A DNA stretch of 64,000 nucleotides from a bacterium (GTDB lineage: Bacteria; Desulfobacterota; DSWW01). Position 1 is the stretch's first letter. Each line of letters opens with the position of its first letter. Where the stretch lies: positions 96,001 through 160,000 of the forward strand of contig JBFLZG010000126.1 in NCBI GenBank assembly GCA_040756235.1. Reading direction: 5' to 3'. Shown here one piece after another: positions 59,021-64,000 of this stretch. A model generated the notes under the pieces. That model did not search any database. It was not told where the DNA came from and worked only from the letters and a program-made list of their open reading frames with translations. A program made the position numbers and the translations under genes.

Positions 59021-60007
59021 ATGACGGGAAAGGTTCTGGTGGCAGGAGGTGCGGGCTACATCGGGAGCGTCGCGGTTGCGAAGCTTCTGGACGCGGGCCA
59101 TGCGGTCGCGGTGTTCGACTCTCTGGAACGGGGGCACCGCAAGGCGGTCGATGAAAGGGCCGAGCTCCACCTGGGCGATCTGGGAGACCGCCGGCGCATT
59201 TTCGAGGTCTGCCGTCAGGTGCAGCCGTCGGTGGCGATGCATTTCTCCGCATACGCGCTGGTCGGGGAGTCCATGCAGAACCCGTCTCTGTACTTCCGGA
59301 ACAACTTTGCGTCGGGCCTCCATCTCCTGGACGCCCTGGTCGAGGTCGGCGCCGGGATGCTGGTGTTCTCCTCTACCTGCGCCACCTTCGGCGTGCCGGA
59401 GAAGCTGCCCATCACCGAGGAAAACCGCCAGGCGCCCACCAATCCGTACGGAGAGAGCAAGCTGATGTTCGAGCGGGCGCTGCGCTGGTATGACGCCGTA
59501 CACGGCCTCAAACACGTGGCGCTACGGTATTTCAACGCTGCCGGGGCGACGCGCCGGCTCGGAGAAGACCATGATCCGGAAACCCACCTCATCCCGAACG
59601 TCCTGCGGGTCGCCCTGGGCCAAGCCCCGTCCGTCTCGATCTACGGGACCGACTATCCGACGGCGGACGGCACCTGTATCCGCGACTACATCCATATCGA
59701 GGACCTGTGCGACGCTCACTTGCTCGCCATGAAGCTGGACCGCAGCGCACAATACAATCTCGGGAACGGGGCCGGTTACTCCGTTCTGCAGGTGGTCGAG
59801 ACCGCGCGCCGCATCACCGGACATCCGATTCCGCTGAAGGCGGACGCGCGCCGACCCGGCGATCCTCCGTCCCTGGTCGGCTCGTCCGAGAAGATCCGGC
59901 GCGAGCTGGGGTGGAGGCCCGGACATCCGGAGTTGGGCGATATCATCGAGAGCGCCTGGAGGTGGCACAAGGAACATCCCGCAGGCTATCAGGACAGGCA
60001 TCCTTGA
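59021..60007 (+). CDS. galE: UDP-glucose 4-epimerase
   Basis: GGAGYIGS, VGES, NPYGESK, LRYFNAAGA and DGTCIRDYIH motifs. Confidence 0.93.
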   Translation: MTGKVLVAGGAGYIGSVAVAKLLDAGHAVAVFDSLERGHRKAVDERAELHLGDLGDRRRIFEVCRQVQPSVAMHFSAYALVGESMQNPSLYFRNNFASGLHLLDALVEVGAGMLVFSSTCATFGVPEKLPITEENRQAPTNPYGESKLMFERALRWYDAVHGLKHVALRYFNAAGATRRLGEDHDPETHLIPNVLRVALGQAPSVSIYGTDYPTADGTCIRDYIHIEDLCDAHLLAMKLDRSAQYNLGNGAGYSVLQVVETARRITGHPIPLKADARRPGDPPSLVGSSEKIRRELGWRPGHPELGDIIESAWRWHKEHPAGYQDRHP

Positions 60008-60136
60008 GAGCTCACGCAAGAATCACACTGCAGGGGAAGAGCCGAGGGGTCGGGCGGGTGTCCCCCGCCGGACCGGGCCGGCGACGGTTCCAGCCGATCC
60101 TGGGCCAAGGTCGAGCGCATTTGGAGGGGTTCGCCC

Positions 60137-61660
60137 ATGCTTGAAGCGATCCACCGCAAGAGCGTTCAGGAGGGGTGCAAGAAGCCGGTCCAAGCGATCC
60201 TGCCGTTCGAGACGGCGCTTGCGAGGCCGAGCTTCCTTCGAAACCACTACCAGGATCTGGTTACGTCCCTGGAGATGGGAATCGATTACCTGACCCTGTT
60301 CGCCACCTTCCTCGGGGCCCGATGGCTCTACCGCCTCCTGGATCTGGCGCGGTTTTCGGACGTGGGGCGGCCGGGGCTGGAACACTTGAGCCACCTTTTC
60401 CTGCTGCAGGTCGCGGTGGCTTGCGGCATGACCGTCCTGCTCTTCCGGTTGATGGGCCTGTACACGAAGAAGATCAGCCTGCTCAACATCGACCAGATGA
60501 GGCGGCTGTTTCAATCGATTCTTCTCCTGACGGTCCTGGTGTTTGCCGTCTCCTTCTATTTTCGGATCCCGTACTCGCGGATGCTGATCACGACCTGGCT
60601 CCTGCTGACGCTGCTGGTGATGAGCATCGAGAAAGCGCTTTTCTACAAGGTGCATCAGCATCTCTACGTCAAGGGCCTGAACGTCAAGCGTACGGTGATC
60701 TACGGGGCGGGCGAGATCGGGAGGAAATTCTACAAGAAGATCACCTTTTACCCGAAGCTCGGCTATCGTGCCATCGGCTTCCTGGACGACGAGGTGACTT
60801 CCTTCGCGGAAGAGATCAACCGCATGGAACACGACCGGAGCTCGGTGCCTCGGGTCCTGGGGACCTCCCGCGACCTGGAGCGGGTCGTACGGGAGTTCGG
60901 CGTGGATGAGCTTCTCATCGCTCACAAGAACCTCTCATCGGAACAGGTCCTGGATCTGACGAATCGATGCCGCCAGCTCGGGATCGGCTTCAAGATCATC
61001 CCTCAGTTGCTGGGGCATTTCATCGAGAACCTTTCCCTCCAGGACATCGGCGGGCTTCCTTTGATCGGCGAGAAGCAGATATCCATTCCGGCATTCGATC
61101 TGGCCGTGAAGCGCGCGATGGACATCGTGTTCTCGGCCTTTGCCTGCCTGTTCTTTCTTCCCCTCTTCCTCCTCCTGGTCGCTTTGATCAAGCTGGACTC
61201 GCCCGGGCCCGCGATCTTTCGCCAGAAGCGCGTGGGGAAAGGAGGGAAGGAGTTCACCATGCACAAGTTTCGCACCATGCGGGTGGACGCGCCAGCCTAT
61301 TCGCCGTGCCCGAAAGACTCTCATGATCCGCGCATCACCCGGGTCGGGAGGTTCCTGAGGAAGACGAGCCTGGACGAGCTGCCGCAGTTCTTGAACGTGC
61401 TCCGAGGCGAGATGAGCCTGGTCGGGCCGCGGCCTGAGATGCCGTTCATCGTGGCCACGTACAATCCCCTCCACCGCAAGCGCCTCACCATGAAACCGGG
61501 GATCACGGGCCTGTGGCAGATCAGCGCCGACCGCAGCCTGGCCATCCACGACAACATCGACTACGACATCTACTACGTCGACAACTTCTCGATCCTGCTC
61601 GACATCGCCATCATCGCGCGGACCATCCTCTACGCGCTCATCGCCATGAAGACGGCCTGA
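60137..61660 (+). CDS. Polyprenyl glycosylphosphotransferase (priming sugar transferase, WcaJ/WbaP family)
   Basis: N-terminal TM helices, [46 protein letters not shown]. Confidence 0.93.
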   Translation: MLEAIHRKSVQEGCKKPVQAILPFETALARPSFLRNHYQDLVTSLEMGIDYLTLFATFLGARWLYRLLDLARFSDVGRPGLEHLSHLFLLQVAVACGMTVLLFRLMGLYTKKISLLNIDQMRRLFQSILLLTVLVFAVSFYFRIPYSRMLITTWLLLTLLVMSIEKALFYKVHQHLYVKGLNVKRTVIYGAGEIGRKFYKKITFYPKLGYRAIGFLDDEVTSFAEEINRMEHDRSSVPRVLGTSRDLERVVREFGVDELLIAHKNLSSEQVLDLTNRCRQLGIGFKIIPQLLGHFIENLSLQDIGGLPLIGEKQISIPAFDLAVKRAMDIVFSAFACLFFLPLFLLLVALIKLDSPGPAIFRQKRVGKGGKEFTMHKFRTMRVDAPAYSPCPKDSHDPRITRVGRFLRKTSLDELPQFLNVLRGEMSLVGPRPEMPFIVATYNPLHRKRLTMKPGITGLWQISADRSLAIHDNIDYDIYYVDNFSILLDIAIIARTILYALIAMKTA

Positions 61661-61734
61661 TCGGAAACGAAACGGCCGGGAGAGCGGACCGCGGAAACCG
61701 GCCCGAGAGGCGGAGGATGCCTTGGCGGCCGGCT

Positions 61735-62544
61735 TCAGACTTTTTGGGCCATGCAGAAGATGCTCAACCCGAACGGCAGGTTCACCCGCTTCAGAATGTG
61801 GTATTCCGCGAGGAAGATCCTGAGCAGGGCTCCGTTCAGAAGGGCCGGAGCGGTGGAGCGGAAGTCGGAACGGGGCTTGACCTGGAGCCCGAGCCCGCGG
61901 AGCAGACCGGTCAGCAGGTTCTTCCCGTGGCGAAAGACGATGCTGACCGGAAACAGAAGGCTGTTGAGATAGGTCATGCGCCGGACGCGAAAGCCGGCCT
62001 CCTGAAGCTTGCCGAGGATCTCAGCGGCCGCATATCGCCTGTAGTGGTGCGCCGCGACGTCGTGGTCCCCCCACATGAAGCGGTACGCCGGGACCGAAAA
62101 GGCGGCCCAGCCTCCGGGAGCGCAGACCCGATAAGCCTCCCGCAGCATGGCGCGGTCATCCTCTCCGTGCTCCAGGACGTCGAAGGCGGTCACCAGGTGG
62201 ATGCTTCCGGAGCGGAAAGGCAGCGCGGTGAAAGGAGCCCGGCAGAGCAGATAGGGCTTCCGTTCCCGGCAGAAGGCCAGAGCGGTCGGGGCGAGGTCCA
62301 CGCCCACGACGCGCCCGAAGCGTGACAGGGCGTCCAGGTTCACGCCGGTGCCGCAGCCCATGTCGGCAACCCGGAAGACACCTTCCGTCCGAGCGGTGTG
62401 AGCGCGTAGCGTGTCCTCGATCAGGCGGACGAACAGGGCCCTCCTGCCGACGAACCACCAGTGATAGCTTTCGAGCTCGAACCACTCTTGGTACAGGTCA
62501 TCGTCCAAAGCCGGGTCTACCTCTGGTTTCGGACCATCCGGCAC
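61735..62544 (-). CDS. Class I SAM-dependent methyltransferase
   Basis: HWWFVGRR, DMGCGTG, FDVLEH, SVPAY and HHYRRY motifs. Confidence 0.85.
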   Translation of the reverse strand: MPDGPKPEVDPALDDDLYQEWFELESYHWWFVGRRALFVRLIEDTLRAHTARTEGVFRVADMGCGTGVNLDALSRFGRVVGVDLAPTALAFCRERKPYLLCRAPFTALPFRSGSIHLVTAFDVLEHGEDDRAMLREAYRVCAPGGWAAFSVPAYRFMWGDHDVAAHHYRRYAAAEILGKLQEAGFRVRRMTYLNSLLFPVSIVFRHGKNLLTGLLRGLGLQVKPRSDFRSTAPALLNGALLRIFLAEYHILKRVNLPFGLSIFCMAQKV

Positions 62545-62551
62545 GGGCCGG

Positions 62552-63289
62552 TCAGAGCTTGAAGATGATCCGGTTGCGGTGCAGGGCCAGCTTGAAACGG
62601 ATGTAGAGCAGGAAGACGAACATGATCCGGACCGTCTTCAGGAAGCGGACCTTCGATTCGCCCCCGTGCCGGTGCCGGTGCCGGATCGGCAACTCCGCGA
62701 TGCGGCGCCCGGAGTACTGCAGCTTGATGAGGGTCTCGGTGGGGAAGGTGAAGCCCCTGGCTTCGAGGTCGAGGGAGCGGATCACATCCCCCCGGTAGGC
62801 CTTCAGGGCGCACTGAGCGTCGGTGAAGGACAGGCCGCACAAAGCCCTGACCAGGAAGTTGTAGCCCCAGTTCGCGACCACCCGAGGCAAGGTGTCCTTC
62901 TTGCGCTTGCGATATCCGGTCACGCAATCGTGCCCCTCCCGCAGCTTGTCCAGGAGTCGCGGCATGTCGCGGATGTCGAATTGCCCGTCCGAGTCGATGG
63001 TGACGACGTAGCGTCCGGTGGAGGCGTCGATCGCGCGCTTCAGGGCTCCCCCGTATCCGCAGTTCTCCTTGAGGTCGATGTAGCGGAAGTTGCCGAACTC
63101 GGCCTTCAGGCGCTCCAGGATCTTCAGGGTCCCGTCCCGGCTCCCGTCATTGGTCACGATGACTTCCCCGGGGATCCCCTCCGTCTGCAGCGTATCCATG
63201 CATTCGCGCACCGTCCTGTCGATGTTCGCCTCTTCGTTGTAGGCGGGCATGACGATCGAGACTTCCAACTCGTCTGAAGGGTGGCTCAT
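62552..63289 (-). CDS. GT2 polyprenol-phosphate glycosyltransferase (DPM1-like)
   Basis: IVMPAYNEE, NDGSRDGT, NCGYG, DSDGQ, DAQCALK and GESK motifs. Confidence 0.87.
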   Translation of the reverse strand: MSHPSDELEVSIVMPAYNEEANIDRTVRECMDTLQTEGIPGEVIVTNDGSRDGTLKILERLKAEFGNFRYIDLKENCGYGGALKRAIDASTGRYVVTIDSDGQFDIRDMPRLLDKLREGHDCVTGYRKRKKDTLPRVVANWGYNFLVRALCGLSFTDAQCALKAYRGDVIRSLDLEARGFTFPTETLIKLQYSGRRIAELPIRHRHRHGGESKVRFLKTVRIMFVFLLYIRFKLALHRNRIIFKL

Positions 63290-63609
63290 CTCTCTGCTCG
63301 TTGCTCGCGTTCAACCGGGTGCGAAAAAGGAACTGGGCAGGAAGCCGCTTCCTATCACAACGCTCCGGGCTGAATCAAGGAGCGGTGGCGGACGGTGGCG
63401 GCCAGGGCACCGGGGTGTTTCTATCGGGCGCCGGAATGGTTTGAGATTTGGACAACAGGACGGTATACAGGGAGCAGTCGCAACCGTCCCTCGCATCGAG
63501 AACTGCCGGCTGGTACGCGCGCCGGCGAGCTTCCCGGCCATGCGAACCGCCCGCGATGGTTGCAGCGCCTGTGCAGCGGCAGGCACACTCAGTACATGGA
63601 GGTGCGAAG

Positions 63610-64000
63610 ATGATGATGCCAGCTCGTCCGGGGCGGCTGCTCGGTCTCGCGTTCGTTCTGGCGGTCTGCCTCAGCGGAGCCGGGTGCGGCCTGGAAAGAC
63701 CCCTGCCCCAGGGCAGCCCGGCTTATGCGGCAAGACCTTTGAGCAAGCCTGAAGGGAAGGAGAACGCGGGCCCGACGGTCGGCACCGCTCCTGCCGGCCG
63801 ACAGGAGCGGTCTTCCCCTGACCTGCCGTTCGTGCGCGTGGGCCCGACCAAGCGGTACTTCCAGTCCGAGGACGGGAAACCTTTTTTCGCCATCGGGCAC
63901 AACGAATGGCCGGCCAGGCTTTCGATCAATCTGGAGAGCCTGCAGAGCATCGATGCGTACTTGCGCAACATGCAGGAACACGGCGAGAACGTCCTGCGGG
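63610..64000 (+). CDS. Lipoprotein, probable glycoside hydrolase with TIM-barrel (GH5/DUF4038-like) N-terminus; runs off window end
   Basis: Not in the ORF track. GGAGG RBS, then MMMPARPGRLLGLAFVLAVCLSGAGC (lipobox-like), FVRV..RYFQSEDGKPFFAIGHN...YLRNMQEHGENVLR. Confidence 0.6.
   Translation, partial: MMMPARPGRLLGLAFVLAVCLSGAGCGLERPLPQGSPAYAARPLSKPEGKENAGPTVGTAPAGRQERSSPDLPFVRVGPTKRYFQSEDGKPFFAIGHNEWPARLSINLESLQSIDAYLRNMQEHGENVLR

Overview
High-GC bacterial DNA. The gene order and a DUF4388/TPR pair suggest a deltaproteobacterium-like diderm (Desulfobacterota/Myxococcota neighbourhood; inference). Bases 1-23.7 kb are housekeeping and envelope genes: lpxD (partial), skp, bamA, lolD, two lolC/E, lysS, prfB (programmed +1 frameshift), ybeY, phoH, DUF4388, TPR, mazG, murJ, a GT2, rpsT, holA, lptE and leuS. 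Their intergenic gaps carry REP/MITE-like palindromes. Bases 24-64 kb form a ~40 kb surface-glycan locus: Wzy-like, Wzx, Wzc, a short Wza plus beta-barrel, a priming sugar transferase, GT2/GT4/GT-C enzymes, NDP-sugar epimerases, a B12 radical SAM enzyme and a MEMO1-AMMECR1 fusion. The most unusual part is 53.7-58.9 kb, a block of archaeal-looking genes inside the glycan locus. It holds an isopentenyl-phosphate kinase converging on a mevalonate kinase, then an alkaline-phosphatase-superfamily enzyme fused in frame to an RHH-like 'LKGLGY' module, then a probable DUF106/EMC3/TMCO1 (Oxa1-superfamily) membrane protein. No rRNA, tRNA, CRISPR array or transposase was recognised. All calls come from recognising motifs by eye; no searches were run.
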